A stretch of 64,000 bases of DNA from Gemmatimonadota bacterium (GCA_003220935.1 QHTT01000087.1:12869-76868); one strand, 5' to 3'; counted from the first letter of the stretch, positions 28,967 to 38,668 are shown. Notes: generated by a model not told the origin, from the letters alone. Program-made: numbers and translations.

Positions 28967-29238
28967 CGGTCGTCGGGGCGCAGTTTCCCGTTCGGGTCAT
29001 GGTGACCGATGTCTGGGACCAGGTATCGCTCACGGTGGCGCCGACCACGACGATCGCGGACTTGAAGCGCGCCGCCCTCACCCAGGCATTGAAGCGGCGC
29101 AGTATGCCCTTGCAGGACCACGTCGTGAAGTTCAAAGGGGCGCAGGTGCTGGACGAATCGACCACGCTCGCCGCACTGGGCGCCGTGCCTAACTCCCCGT
29201 TCATCGTCCTCCCGGCGCGTCGCCAGCCGGTGCGATGA
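28963..29238 (+). CDS. Putative ubiquitin-like (beta-grasp, YukD/EsaB-like) protein
   Basis: V.PTTTIADLKR, VVKFKGAQVLDESTTLAALG pattern parallels ubiquitin; no C-terminal GG. Confidence 0.6.
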   Translation: MTVVGAQFPVRVMVTDVWDQVSLTVAPTTTIADLKRAALTQALKRRSMPLQDHVVKFKGAQVLDESTTLAALGAVPNSPFIVLPARRQPVR

Positions 29239-29501
29239 GGTCGCTCAGCCGGGCGCTCGCGACGCTCGCCGCCGGCTTTCTGGCGCTCGACGCGCTGCTG
29301 TTCCTCTATTCGGGCCTCAGCCTCGGGCGCCCCGGGCTGATCGTCAGCGGCGTCGCCTGCAGCCTCGCCGCGGTGCTGGTCGTGCTCAGCTGGCGGCGGT
29401 ACCGTCGCGCGATCACCGAGCTCGAGCAGGCGCGGCGCGAGATGCAAGCGGAGGTGCAGTCGATTCGCGACCTGCTGCACAGCAAGCAGCTACATAACTG
29501 A
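29235..29501 (+). CDS. Small membrane protein (2 TM plus C-terminal coiled coil)
   Basis: Two hydrophobic segments, then ELEQARREMQAEVQSIRDLL; ATGA overlap. Confidence 0.7.
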   Translation: MRSLSRALATLAAGFLALDALLFLYSGLSLGRPGLIVSGVACSLAAVLVVLSWRRYRRAITELEQARREMQAEVQSIRDLLHSKQLHN

Positions 29502-29514
29502 GTGCTGAGCGCCT

Positions 29515-29537
29515 GCACTGCACTGTGCTGAAGCACA
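29515..29537 (+). repeat. 23 bp REP-like unit
   Basis: GCACTGCACTGTGCTGAAGCACA, related to 37699-37721 and the reverse complement of 37729-37751. Confidence 0.55.
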
Positions 29538-29552
29538 GACCCGACGAGTGCG

Positions 29553-30497
29553 ATGCCCGTTCCGGTCCTCTTCCACCCCGCTTGCCAACGTCACAACGCC
29601 GGCCCGGGCCATCCCGAGCGCCCCGAGCGCATCGTCGCGGTGCTCGAGGCGCTGCGTGCGGCCGACATGGCGGCCACCGTCGAGTGGTGCGAGGCGCGAC
29701 CGGCATCCCGAGAGGCACTCGAGCGCGTGCATCCGGCCAGCTACCTCGATGGCCTCGAGCGGCTCGCCCTCCAGGGCGGCGGCGTGCTCGACGCCGACAC
29801 GGCGATGAGCGGCGCCAGCTGGGATGCGGCCGTCGCCGCGGCGGGGGTCGCCCTCGGCGCCGTGGAGCGCGGGATCGCGACTGGAACCGCCTTCGGAGCC
29901 ACGCGGCCGCCCGGGCACCACGCTCTCGCGGCGCGCGCGATGGGGTTCTGCCTCATCAACAATGCCGTGGTGGCTGCGCGGCACGCGCAGCAGCTCGGGA
30001 AGGCTCGCGTGTTGATCGTGGACTGGGACGTGCATCACGGGAACGGGACTCAGGCGCTGGTCGAGCGCGATGCGTCCCTCCGCTACGTCTCGATGCATCA
30101 GTATCCGTGGTATCCGGGCACGGGTGCCGAGGACGAGCGCGGCGTGGGCAACGTGTTCAACGTCCCGCGCCCGCCGGGGCTGCCGCGGCAGGTGTACGCG
30201 CGCGATCTCCTCACCGCGGTGGACGCCGCCCTGGAAGGGTGGCCGCCGGACCTGCTGCTGGTGTCCGCCGGGTTTGACTCGCTCAACGGCGACCCACTCG
30301 GCGGCTTCACGCTCGAGCCCGAGGATATCGCCCGCTGGACCGCGCTGTTGCGTGAGCGCGTCGCTCCGGCGCCGGTGGTGGGCGTGCTCGAAGGCGGCTA
30401 TCGGCTCGATCTCCTCGCGGCGGGTGCGCGCGCCCATGTGCGCGCGCTTGCCGGAGACGGGCCGCGTGCGGCAACGCCACCGACGCTGCCGCCCTGA
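29553..30497 (+). CDS. Histone deacetylase-family amidohydrolase
   Basis: GHPERPER, RPPGHHA, MGFC, DWDVHHGNGTQ, SAGFD, LEGGY. Confidence 0.93.
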   Translation: MPVPVLFHPACQRHNAGPGHPERPERIVAVLEALRAADMAATVEWCEARPASREALERVHPASYLDGLERLALQGGGVLDADTAMSGASWDAAVAAAGVALGAVERGIATGTAFGATRPPGHHALAARAMGFCLINNAVVAARHAQQLGKARVLIVDWDVHHGNGTQALVERDASLRYVSMHQYPWYPGTGAEDERGVGNVFNVPRPPGLPRQVYARDLLTAVDAALEGWPPDLLLVSAGFDSLNGDPLGGFTLEPEDIARWTALLRERVAPAPVVGVLEGGYRLDLLAAGARAHVRALAGDGPRAATPPTLPP

Positions 30498-30537
30498 CGC
30501 CGACGCCGGGGTCGCCGAACGACGCTATACTTCAGCT

Positions 30538-31554
30538 GTGACCGAGACCGTCGTCCAACCCCAGATTTCCAAGCATTGGCCCGCCAGCATCTACCGGCGC
30601 CCTGACGGGGTCGTCGAGCAGGCGCTCTCCCCGGCCCGGATGCGGGGGATCGTTCAGTCGGGCGAGGGCGAGCTGTGGGTCGACATCAACAGCATGGACA
30701 TGCACCAGCATGCGCTCCTGGAGAAGGTCTTCGAGTTCCACCCCCTCGCCGTCGAGGATACGCTGTCACCGCGGACCCGCGTCAAGCTGGAGGAATACGA
30801 CCGCTACGTATTCGTGGTCATGGCTGGCATCCGGCTCGAAAGCACCACGCCTGATCCCTACGATCTCGAGACCTTCAACCTCTACTATTTCCTCGGTAAG
30901 AACTTTCTCGTCACGGTGCATGCGGTGACGGCGCTGGGCTGCGAGGCCGTGCGCGAGCGGTTGCAGCGCAGCGCCGACCTCCTCGCCCGGGGCGCCGAAG
31001 CGACGATGCACGCCATCATCGATCAAGCGGTGGACGCGTATTTCCCGCTGGTCGAGCAGATCAACGCGCACGTGGACCGCTTGGAGGAGCGCCTGTTTGA
31101 GGAGTTCGACGAGGGCCTGATCCACGAAATCTTCAAGGCGAAGCGCGCGGCGTTCGCGCTCCGCCGGCACATCGGCCCGCTGCGCGAAGTGCTCAACATC
31201 CTCACCAACCGCCCGTCCAGCTACATCCGCCCCGAGACGCAGCTGTATTACCGGGACGTGTACGACCACACCATCCGGATCATGGAATCGGTGGACACGA
31301 CGCGCGACCTGCTCGCCGGCGTGCTCGAGACGTACCTGTCGCAGACCTCGAACCGAATGAACCGGGTGATGAAGCAGCTGTCCATCGTCGCGACCGTTGC
31401 GCTCCCCCTGATCGTGCTGGGCGGCATCTTCGGCATGAACTTCAGCCGCATGCCCCTGGTCCACGACCCCTTGGGCTTCTGGGCGGCCCTCGCCGCCATG
31501 GTCGTGGTGTCGGCGGGCATCATGTGGTGGCTCCACCACCGCAGATGGCTCTGA
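30538..31554 (+). CDS. corA: CorA Mg2+/Co2+ transporter
   Basis: FHPLAVED, RVKLEEY, YYRDVYDH, GIFGMNF signature, two C-terminal TM. Confidence 0.93.
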   Translation: MTETVVQPQISKHWPASIYRRPDGVVEQALSPARMRGIVQSGEGELWVDINSMDMHQHALLEKVFEFHPLAVEDTLSPRTRVKLEEYDRYVFVVMAGIRLESTTPDPYDLETFNLYYFLGKNFLVTVHAVTALGCEAVRERLQRSADLLARGAEATMHAIIDQAVDAYFPLVEQINAHVDRLEERLFEEFDEGLIHEIFKAKRAAFALRRHIGPLREVLNILTNRPSSYIRPETQLYYRDVYDHTIRIMESVDTTRDLLAGVLETYLSQTSNRMNRVMKQLSIVATVALPLIVLGGIFGMNFSRMPLVHDPLGFWAALAAMVVVSAGIMWWLHHRRWL

Positions 31555-32564
31555 GGCTCGCGGCCGAAGTCGTCTCGCTCAAGACCAAGCATCCGTTCGT
31601 CATCGCCCGGGGCGGCGGCGACGACTACCGCGTCGTCTGGGTCCGTGTCACCGACGCGGACGGCGCTGAGGGGTGGGGCGAAGCCGATCCCTCCAAGTAC
31701 TACGGCGAGACGGCGGACACCGTCCTCGCGATGCTCAAGAAGCTCGAACCGTATCTGCCCAAGGACTCATTCGATCTGGAAGCGGCGGAGGCGCGGTTCG
31801 CGCAGGTCGTGCCGAAGAACGGGGCGGCCCGCGCAGCGGTTTCGGCGGCGCTGCACGACCTCGTCGGCAAACGCCTGGGTCAACCGCTGTGGCGGTTATG
31901 GGGTCTCGATCCCGCGCGGGCACCGCGCTCTTCCTTTACCATCGGGATCGACACGGCGGACCAGATCCGCCGCAAGGTGGCGGAGGCGTCGACCTATCCC
32001 ATCCTCAAGGTCAAGCTCGGAACCGATCGCGACGAGGAGATCCTGAGCGTAATCCGGGATGCGACCGACAAGCCCATCCGGGTGGACGCGAACGCCGGCT
32101 GGACGCGCGAGCGGGCGATCGCGATGCTGCCCGTGCTCCGGGAATACGGGGTCGAATTCGTGGAGCAGCCGCTGCCGCCCGAGGACCTCGAGGGAACAGC
32201 GGCGGTGCGCCGCCGCGGGGTCCTCCCCGTCGTGGTGGATGAGAGCTGCCTCGTGGCCGCCGACATCCCCCGCGTGGCGGATGCGGCGGACGGCATCAAC
32301 ATCAAGCTGGCCAAGTGCGGCTCGCTGCGGGAGGCGCTCCGCATGATTGCGACGGCCCGGGCGCACGGGATGCTCGTGATGGTCGGATGTATGATCGAGT
32401 CCTCGCTGGGCATCACTGCGGCGGCGCACTTCACGCCGCTCGTCGACGCGGCGGATCTGGACGGCGCGGCGCTCACGGCGAACGACCCGTTCGTCGGGGC
32501 CACGATTGACGGAGGAGAGATCCGGCTGCCGACCGGACCCGGGCTCGGCGTCCGGCGGCGGTGA
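31545..32564 (+). CDS. L-Ala-D/L-Glu dipeptide epimerase (enolase superfamily)
   Basis: PFVIARG, KVKLG, VDANAGW, EQP, DES, NIKLAKCG, GCM.ES, DLDG. Confidence 0.88.
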   Translation: MALRLAAEVVSLKTKHPFVIARGGGDDYRVVWVRVTDADGAEGWGEADPSKYYGETADTVLAMLKKLEPYLPKDSFDLEAAEARFAQVVPKNGAARAAVSAALHDLVGKRLGQPLWRLWGLDPARAPRSSFTIGIDTADQIRRKVAEASTYPILKVKLGTDRDEEILSVIRDATDKPIRVDANAGWTRERAIAMLPVLREYGVEFVEQPLPPEDLEGTAAVRRRGVLPVVVDESCLVAADIPRVADAADGINIKLAKCGSLREALRMIATARAHGMLVMVGCMIESSLGITAAAHFTPLVDAADLDGAALTANDPFVGATIDGGEIRLPTGPGLGVRRR

Positions 32565-34813
32565 CGGGCTCGGCACTCGCCCCGCGCTATGCCGAGGTCG
32601 TCCTCCCGGTCCCGGTTCCCCGCACCTACACCTACGAAATGCCGACCGCCCTCGGCGCGCGCGTTGTGCCGGGGTCGCGGGTGGTGGTACCGCTGCAGCG
32701 ACGGCAGGTGGTCGGCCTGGTCGTAGCGGACGACGTCCCCGCGCCCGCCGTAGCGGCACGGCCGATCGCGGCCGCGCCCGACGCCGAGCCCGCGCTCAGT
32801 CCGGCGTTGGTCGAGCTGGGTCGCTGGATCAGCCGTTATTACGGCGCACCGCTCGGCCTGGCGCTGCGGGTGCTGCTTCCCGGAAGTCTGTGGAGCGTGC
32901 GTCGACCCGGCGGACCCGCCGAGCAGGTCGAGCGGGTCGTGGTTCTCACGCATGCCCTCCCTTCGCTGCTCGAGCGCGAGCGGGCGTTCAAGCGCGCGCC
33001 CAAGCGTCGGGTGGTGTACGAGGCGCTCGAGGCGCTGGGTGGATCGGCACCGCTGCGTCACCTGGTGACCCGGCTCGGGCTGTCGCCTACCGTGCTCGAC
33101 GGTCTGGTGAAGCAGCGGCTCGCTCGCTACAGCGACGTGCCGCGGCCGCGTGACCCCTTCACAGGGCTCACGTCGCCGCCGCCGCCCGTGCTCACCGATG
33201 CGCAGCGTCGGGTGGTGGACGGAATCGCCGCGACGTCCCCCGATGTTCCGGTGCTGCTTCACGGCGTGACGGGGTCGGGCAAGACGCTCGTCTATCTCGA
33301 CCTACTGCGCAGCGTCGTCGCGTCGGGTGGCGGCGCCATCCTCCTCGTCCCCGAGATCGCGCTCACGCCGCAGACCGTGGCCCGGGTGCGGGGCGTGTTC
33401 GGGGACCTAGTCGCGGTCCTCCATTCGGGGCTGTCGGACGGCGAGCGCGCCGACGCGTGGCGGGCGCTGCGACGCGGGGAGCGCCGTGTAGCGGTGGGGC
33501 CCCGTTCTGCGGTATTCGCGCCCGTGCAGCGGCTCGCCGCCATTGTGGTCGACGAGGAGCACGAGGCGAGCTACAAACAGGGCACGGCGCCGCGCTACCA
33601 CGCCCGCGACGTGGCGCTGGCACGGGCTCGGCTGGAGGGCGCCCGGCTGATCCTCGGCAGCGCCACGCCGTCGCTCGACACGCTACACCTCGCCCACACG
33701 GGGCGGGTCTGCACCTTTGAGCTGCCGGAGCGCATCGGCGCGCGGCCGCTTCCCCCGGTCGAGGTGATCGATCTGCGGAGCGCGCGCCGCGTGCCGGAGG
33801 CTCGGGGAATCCCCTGGACCGAGCCGCTCGATCAGGCCGTGCGGGGGGCGCTGGCCCGCACCGAGCAGGTCATTCTCCTCTTGAACCGTCGCGGCTTTGC
33901 GACGTACCTCCAGTGTCCCGCGTGCGGTGACGTGCGCCAGTGCCCGCACTGCGCCATCGCCCTCACCGTCCACCAGACGCCGCGCGTGTTGCGCTGTCAC
34001 TACTGCGGGCACGAAGCACCGGTTCCCACGGGTTGCGGGGTGTGCGGCAAGGAACCACAGCGCATGCGCGGGCTCGGCACCCAGCAGCTCGAGCACTTCG
34101 TGGGTCTACGGTTTCCGGAGGCCCGCGTCGCCCGCATGGATCTCGATACCACCAGCACGAAGTGGGCGCATCACCGGATCCTCGAGCGCATGGCACAAGG
34201 GAAGCTCGACATCCTGCTCGGCACGCAAATGATCGCGAAGGGGCTGGACTTCCCGAACGTGACGGTCGTCGGGGTAGTGGACGCGGATACGGGCCTCAAC
34301 CTCCCCGACTTCCGGGCCGCCGAGCGCACGTTTCAGCTCGTGGCGCAGGTGGCGGGCCGGGCAGGCCGCGGCCCCAAGGGGGGCCGCGTCTTGGTGCAGA
34401 CTCGGGCCCCGGACCACCACGCAATTCGGGCAGCCGCGGCTCACTCGGTGGCTGGCTTCGCCGCCGCCGAGCTGCCGCTGCGCGCGCCTCCCAACCCCGC
34501 ATACCCGCCGCACGTGGGGCTGGCGCGCTTCGTGGCGGTGCATGAGGACGAGCGGCTCGCCCAGGAAGCGGCCGAGCGGGTCGCGGCGTGGCTCAGGCGC
34601 GCGAACACGGAGCAGCTCGGCGGCGCGCTCACCGTCTTGGGGCCCGCGCCGTGCCCGATCATGCGGCTGAAAGGGCAGTGGCGCTGGCACGTGCTCATCA
34701 AGTCGCCGGAGGCCCGGCCGATCGGACGGGTGGTGCGGGCCTGGGGGCGCGGGCGCGGTCCGGGCGCGAGAGGCGCGGTCGTCGCGGACCGCGATCCTGT
34801 TTCATTGCTGTGA
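32561..34813 (+). CDS. priA: Primosomal protein N' (replication restart helicase)
   Basis: GVTGSGKT, LVPEIALTPQ, DEEH, Cys-rich zinc region, GTQMIAKGLDFPNV, QVAGRAGR. Confidence 0.97.
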   Translation: MTGSALAPRYAEVVLPVPVPRTYTYEMPTALGARVVPGSRVVVPLQRRQVVGLVVADDVPAPAVAARPIAAAPDAEPALSPALVELGRWISRYYGAPLGLALRVLLPGSLWSVRRPGGPAEQVERVVVLTHALPSLLERERAFKRAPKRRVVYEALEALGGSAPLRHLVTRLGLSPTVLDGLVKQRLARYSDVPRPRDPFTGLTSPPPPVLTDAQRRVVDGIAATSPDVPVLLHGVTGSGKTLVYLDLLRSVVASGGGAILLVPEIALTPQTVARVRGVFGDLVAVLHSGLSDGERADAWRALRRGERRVAVGPRSAVFAPVQRLAAIVVDEEHEASYKQGTAPRYHARDVALARARLEGARLILGSATPSLDTLHLAHTGRVCTFELPERIGARPLPPVEVIDLRSARRVPEARGIPWTEPLDQAVRGALARTEQVILLLNRRGFATYLQCPACGDVRQCPHCAIALTVHQTPRVLRCHYCGHEAPVPTGCGVCGKEPQRMRGLGTQQLEHFVGLRFPEARVARMDLDTTSTKWAHHRILERMAQGKLDILLGTQMIAKGLDFPNVTVVGVVDADTGLNLPDFRAAERTFQLVAQVAGRAGRGPKGGRVLVQTRAPDHHAIRAAAAHSVAGFAAAELPLRAPPNPAYPPHVGLARFVAVHEDERLAQEAAERVAAWLRRANTEQLGGALTVLGPAPCPIMRLKGQWRWHVLIKSPEARPIGRVVRAWGRGRGPGARGAVVADRDPVSLL

Positions 34814-34862
34814 CGCCCGACGGTTGCGTGAGGCGATTCGTGCCGCGTATTATGACCCTCCA

Positions 34863-35990
34863 GTGACCGCTCGCCCCCGCTTCCAGTATCGACCACCCGA
34901 CTTCGCCGCCCCGCCGCTCGCGAGCGCGCCCGATGCGCGCTTCGAGCCCGCCCCGGCCGACGGGGTCCTGCCCGACGGCTTTTTTTCCACTACGAACCTC
35001 CCCACCTACGTGCGCGCCGCGGGCGCGTGGCGCCGGCCCCGGCTGCCGCGCATGGACTGCGTCATCGTGCGCCACCCCCCAGGCGACCTCGTGGTCACCG
35101 AGCCACGCCGCGTGCAGCGGGGCCAGTTGGTGGCGGTGGGCACCGCAGAAGACGGCAGCCAGGGCATCCTGGTTCATTCCGAAGGGTTCCTCGGCGGCAG
35201 CCACAGCGCGAACGAGTTCGGCTTCATGCAGACCGCCGTGTCGCGCGAGCGCCCGGTGGACTACGCCGTGCTGGCCCAGCTGCTGGGCGAGGAGAAGCAG
35301 CGTGGCGGGAAGATCCTTTGGGTCGTGGGGCCGGCGCTGGTGCACGCGCGGGCGCGCGAGGACATGGTCTGGTTCGTGCGCAATGGCTACGTGCAGGCGT
35401 TTCTGGGGGGGAACGCCGTGGCTGTGCACGACCTCGAGGCGGCGATCTTCGGCACCACGCTCGGGATGTCGAGCTCGGGCGAGGGGGTGGAAGGAGGTCA
35501 CGCGCTCCACATGCGCGCGATCAACGCGATCCGGCGCGCGGGCGGGATCACGGCGGCCGTGCGGCAGAGCATCGTCACCGCCGGGATCATGCACGCCCTG
35601 GTGACGCACGGCGTGCCGTTCGTGCTCGCGGGCTCGATCCGCGACGACGGACCGCTCCCCGAGGTCCTGGCCGACACCCTCGCCGCGCAGGACGCTATGC
35701 GGCAGTTCACCGCCCAGGCCACGTTCGCCGTCTTTGTGGCGACCGCCCTCCACGCGATCGCCGTCGGCAACATGCTGCCCGCGTTCGTGGATGCGCTGCC
35801 GCCCGACGAGCTGCGCCCGCTGACGACGATTTGCGTCGACCAGACCGAGTTCGTGGTGAACAAGCTACGCGATCGCGGCACGCACCAGGCGTACGGAGTC
35901 GTGACCAACGCGCAGGACTTCATGCACGTGCTGCGGTTCTACGTGGAACGATGGGAGCAAGCGCAGGCCCCGGCGACCATCCTCCGGTAG
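34863..35990 (+). CDS. TIGR00300-like / LOR-SDH conserved-domain protein (putative ornithine cyclodeaminase of the AgrE/ArgZ C-terminal type)
   Basis: APADGVLPDGFFSTTN, RMD, GNAVAVHDLE, LAGSIRDDGPLP, LHAIAVGN, KLRDRGT. Confidence 0.75.
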   Translation: MTARPRFQYRPPDFAAPPLASAPDARFEPAPADGVLPDGFFSTTNLPTYVRAAGAWRRPRLPRMDCVIVRHPPGDLVVTEPRRVQRGQLVAVGTAEDGSQGILVHSEGFLGGSHSANEFGFMQTAVSRERPVDYAVLAQLLGEEKQRGGKILWVVGPALVHARAREDMVWFVRNGYVQAFLGGNAVAVHDLEAAIFGTTLGMSSSGEGVEGGHALHMRAINAIRRAGGITAAVRQSIVTAGIMHALVTHGVPFVLAGSIRDDGPLPEVLADTLAAQDAMRQFTAQATFAVFVATALHAIAVGNMLPAFVDALPPDELRPLTTICVDQTEFVVNKLRDRGTHQAYGVVTNAQDFMHVLRFYVERWEQAQAPATILR

Positions 35991-36346
35991 TGCCGGGCCG
36001 GGGACCGGGGTGGGCGAAGCTCGCCGAAGCGGTCGCCAGGTACGTGCCGCCCGCCGAGATCGACACGATCTACCTGTTTCGACCGCTCAAGCGGGAAGGG
36101 CGGGAGTGGGGCACGGCGGTCGTCGCGCGCCGGGCCACGGAGGGCGGTGGACGGTTGCGCGTCTACACGGCACGCTACATGCTGGTCGTGCGCGGCAAGG
36201 AGCGCGGGCAGTCGCGGGTGGAGGTGGCGGAGACCGGGCTCTCGCCCGCGGAGGTCATCGCGCAGGTGATGCAGGCGACGGCCGACCGCACGGGCGATCC
36301 GGAACCCCCGGTAGCGGTGGGGGCGGGGGTGTGGTATGAAAGCTGA
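35990..36346 (+). CDS. Hypothetical protein
   Basis: Open frame filling the gap between coupled genes; [23 protein letters not shown]; start uncertain. Confidence 0.6.
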   Translation: MPGRGPGWAKLAEAVARYVPPAEIDTIYLFRPLKREGREWGTAVVARRATEGGGRLRVYTARYMLVVRGKERGQSRVEVAETGLSPAEVIAQVMQATADRTGDPEPPVAVGAGVWYES

Positions 36347-36360
36347 AAGGAGGTGACGGG

Positions 36361-36921
36361 TTGATCGAGTCGCGAATGTTCGTGCCTACCAAGGCCTTCC
36401 TCACCAAGGGCGTCGGTCGGCACCGGGAAAAACTGACGAGCTTCGAGATGGCGCTGCGTGACGCCCATCTCGCCAACTTCAACCTCGTGCGGGTGAGCTC
36501 GATCTTCCCGCCCCACTGCGAGCTGGTGGATCGTGAAGAAGGGCTCTCGCTCATGCAGCCCGGCCAGGTCGTGTTTGCCGTCATCGCGGAGTCCTCTACC
36601 AACGAACCGAGCCGGCTTGTCGCCGCCTCCATCGGCGTGGCGATGCCGGCCGACCCGACCCATCACGGCTACATCTCCGAGCACCACAGCTACGGTCAGA
36701 ACGAGGTCACAGCCGGGGAGTATGCGGAAGACCTCGCCGCGTCGATGCTCGCGACCGTGCTGGGCGTGCCGTTCGACTCCGGTTCGGCGTGGGACGAGCG
36801 CCGGGAGCAGTGGCTGCTGTCGGGGGAGATTGTGCGCACGATGAACGTCACCTCCACCGCCGAGTGCGGCGACGACGGCCGTTGGACGACCGTCGTCTCG
36901 GCGGTGTGCTTCTGCGGGTGA
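36361..36921 (+). CDS. pdaD: Pyruvoyl-dependent arginine decarboxylase
   Basis: [20 protein letters not shown] (Ser-Ser self-cleavage site), GYISEHH; AAGGAGGT RBS. Confidence 0.9.
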   Translation: MIESRMFVPTKAFLTKGVGRHREKLTSFEMALRDAHLANFNLVRVSSIFPPHCELVDREEGLSLMQPGQVVFAVIAESSTNEPSRLVAASIGVAMPADPTHHGYISEHHSYGQNEVTAGEYAEDLAASMLATVLGVPFDSGSAWDERREQWLLSGEIVRTMNVTSTAECGDDGRWTTVVSAVCFCG

Positions 36922-37634
36922 TCCCTTCGTTCACGCTGGCGTTCGTCGCCGGGCTGCTGAGCTTTCTCTCTCCCTGCGTCTTGCCGCTCATCCCGAGCTA
37001 CGTAGGATTTCTCACCGGGCTGTCGCTCGAAGAGGTCGAGGCGCAGCGCGGCACGGCGCTGGCGCACGCGCTGTGGTTCGTGGCCGGCTTCTCCCTCATC
37101 TTCATCGCCCTTGGCGCCACGGCGTCGGCACTCGGCGTGCTGCTGCTGCGCTCCCAGGTGTGGATCGGACGCATCGGCGGGGTCGTGGTCGTGTTGTTCG
37201 GTTTGTACCTGCTCGGGATTCTGCGACCGGCGTTCCTGATGCGGGAGCGGCGGCTCGAGCTGGCCCATAAGCCGCTCGGCTACCTCGGCTCTGCGTTGGT
37301 GGGCGTCACGTTCGGCGCCGCATGGACCCCATGCATCGGGCCGATCCTGGGGGCGATTCTCACGCTCGCCGCCGCCCAGGCCAGCGTAGCGCACGGCACC
37401 GCCCTGCTCGGCATCTACGCCCTAGGGCTCGCCATCCCCTTTGTCATTACGGCGCTAGCGCTGGACCGCTTCCTCGCCTGGTTCCAGCGGTTTCGCCCCT
37501 ACATCGTTTGGGTGGACCGCATCGCCGGGGCGCTGCTCGTCCTGCTGGGTATCCTCCTCGTCACCGATCGCTTCACCCTGCTCGCGGGGTGGCTGCAGGG
37601 GCTGACGCCCGAGTTTCTGAAGAGCCGGCTGTAA
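36918..37634 (+). CDS. ccdA: Cytochrome c biogenesis / thiol-redox membrane protein CcdA
   Basis: [14 protein letters not shown] and [10 protein letters not shown] motifs; six TM. Confidence 0.92.
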   Translation: MIPSFTLAFVAGLLSFLSPCVLPLIPSYVGFLTGLSLEEVEAQRGTALAHALWFVAGFSLIFIALGATASALGVLLLRSQVWIGRIGGVVVVLFGLYLLGILRPAFLMRERRLELAHKPLGYLGSALVGVTFGAAWTPCIGPILGAILTLAAAQASVAHGTALLGIYALGLAIPFVITALALDRFLAWFQRFRPYIVWVDRIAGALLVLLGILLVTDRFTLLAGWLQGLTPEFLKSRL

Positions 37635-37667
37635 GACACTTACCCCACCGCTAGTGGTTCCCACCGT

Positions 37668-37773
37668 GTAGGGGCGCAGCATGCTGCGCCCCTACCTGGC
37701 ACTGCGCTGTCCTAAAGGACAATGCGCGTGTGCTTTAGCACAACGCAGTGCCGAGCCCAGGCTTCAGCCTGGG
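37668..37773. repeat. Composite REP/REPIN-like palindromic cluster
   Basis: Perfect 28 bp palindrome GTAGGGGCGCAGCATGCTGCGCCCCTAC, inverted pair of 23-mers (37699-37721, 37729-37751), CCCAGGC-TTCA-GCCTGGG hairpin. Confidence 0.8.
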
Positions 37774-37794
37774 AACTTCGCGGGCCACTTTCCT

Positions 37795-37826
37795 ATATTA
37801 GGGTCCAGCGAATATTAGGGTCCAGC
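37795..37826 (+). repeat. 15 bp direct repeat upstream of a lipoprotein gene
   Basis: ATATTAGGGTCCAGC at 37795-37809 and 37812-37826. Confidence 0.7.
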
Positions 37827-37848
37827 AAAACCACGAGAGAGGGAATAA

Positions 37849-38640
37849 ATGATCACGTTTCAGAAGCACTCGTCGCATCTTGTCGCGGTGCTGACTGCCG
37901 TGGCTTTGGCCGGGTGCGTCAAGAGTGACCAGGCGAACCAGTCGGCCGACTCGACCGCGCGTAACCTGACGCTCGCCCCGACCGAGTCGACGGCCGCGAT
38001 GAAAGACGTGCCCGCGCCGCCGACGGAGGCCGCCAAGCCGGCGCCCGAGAAAAAGACCCCCCCACCGGTGGCCAAGCCCCCGGCTCCCAAACCCGCGGCG
38101 CCGACGACGCTCACTGCTGCTGCGGGAACCCGGATGTCGCTCGCTGCGAGCGACTCGATCTCCACCCGGCAGGCGAAGGCCGGTGACGCTTTCACCGCGA
38201 CTGTGGGCCAGGACGTGAAGGACGCGGCAGGACACGTTGTGATTCCGGCGGGGTCGGCCGTACAGGGAACAATTGTCGCCGCCGAGCCGGCGCCCAATCC
38301 CAATGCGAGCGGGCAACTCAGCCTCGACGTGAAGAGCGTCAGCGTGCGCGGCACCAGTTACGCCGTGGACGCGACCGTCGAGTCGATGGACACCGTGATG
38401 AAGGGACGTGGCGTCACGAAGGCCGACGCCGCGAAGGTGGGTGGTGGGGCGGTCGCAGGGGCCCTCGTCGGCAAGCTGCTCGGCAAGAATGCGAAGGGTG
38501 CGGTGATCGGGGGCGCGGTGGGCGCCGCCGCCGGCGCCGCCGCGGCGCGGGCTTCGCGCGACATCGACATCATCCTCCCCAAGGGGGCGGCGATCACCAT
38601 CAAGCTGAACAAGCCGCTGACGGTGAAGCGGGCAGCCTGA
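37849..38640 (+). CDS. Lipoprotein with Pro-rich linker and glycine-zipper motif
   Basis: Lipobox LAGC, GDAFTATV..DV, VIPAGS, GGGAVAGALVG...GAVIGGAVGAAAG. Confidence 0.8.
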   Translation: MITFQKHSSHLVAVLTAVALAGCVKSDQANQSADSTARNLTLAPTESTAAMKDVPAPPTEAAKPAPEKKTPPPVAKPPAPKPAAPTTLTAAAGTRMSLAASDSISTRQAKAGDAFTATVGQDVKDAAGHVVIPAGSAVQGTIVAAEPAPNPNASGQLSLDVKSVSVRGTSYAVDATVESMDTVMKGRGVTKADAAKVGGGAVAGALVGKLLGKNAKGAVIGGAVGAAAGAAAARASRDIDIILPKGAAITIKLNKPLTVKRAA

Positions 38641-38644
38641 CGCG

Positions 38645-38668
38645 GTAGGGGCACGGTGCCGTGCCCGT
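38645..38668 (+). repeat. GTAG-type REP-like palindrome between convergent genes
   Basis: GTAGGGGCACGG-TG-CCGTGCCC. Confidence 0.6.
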
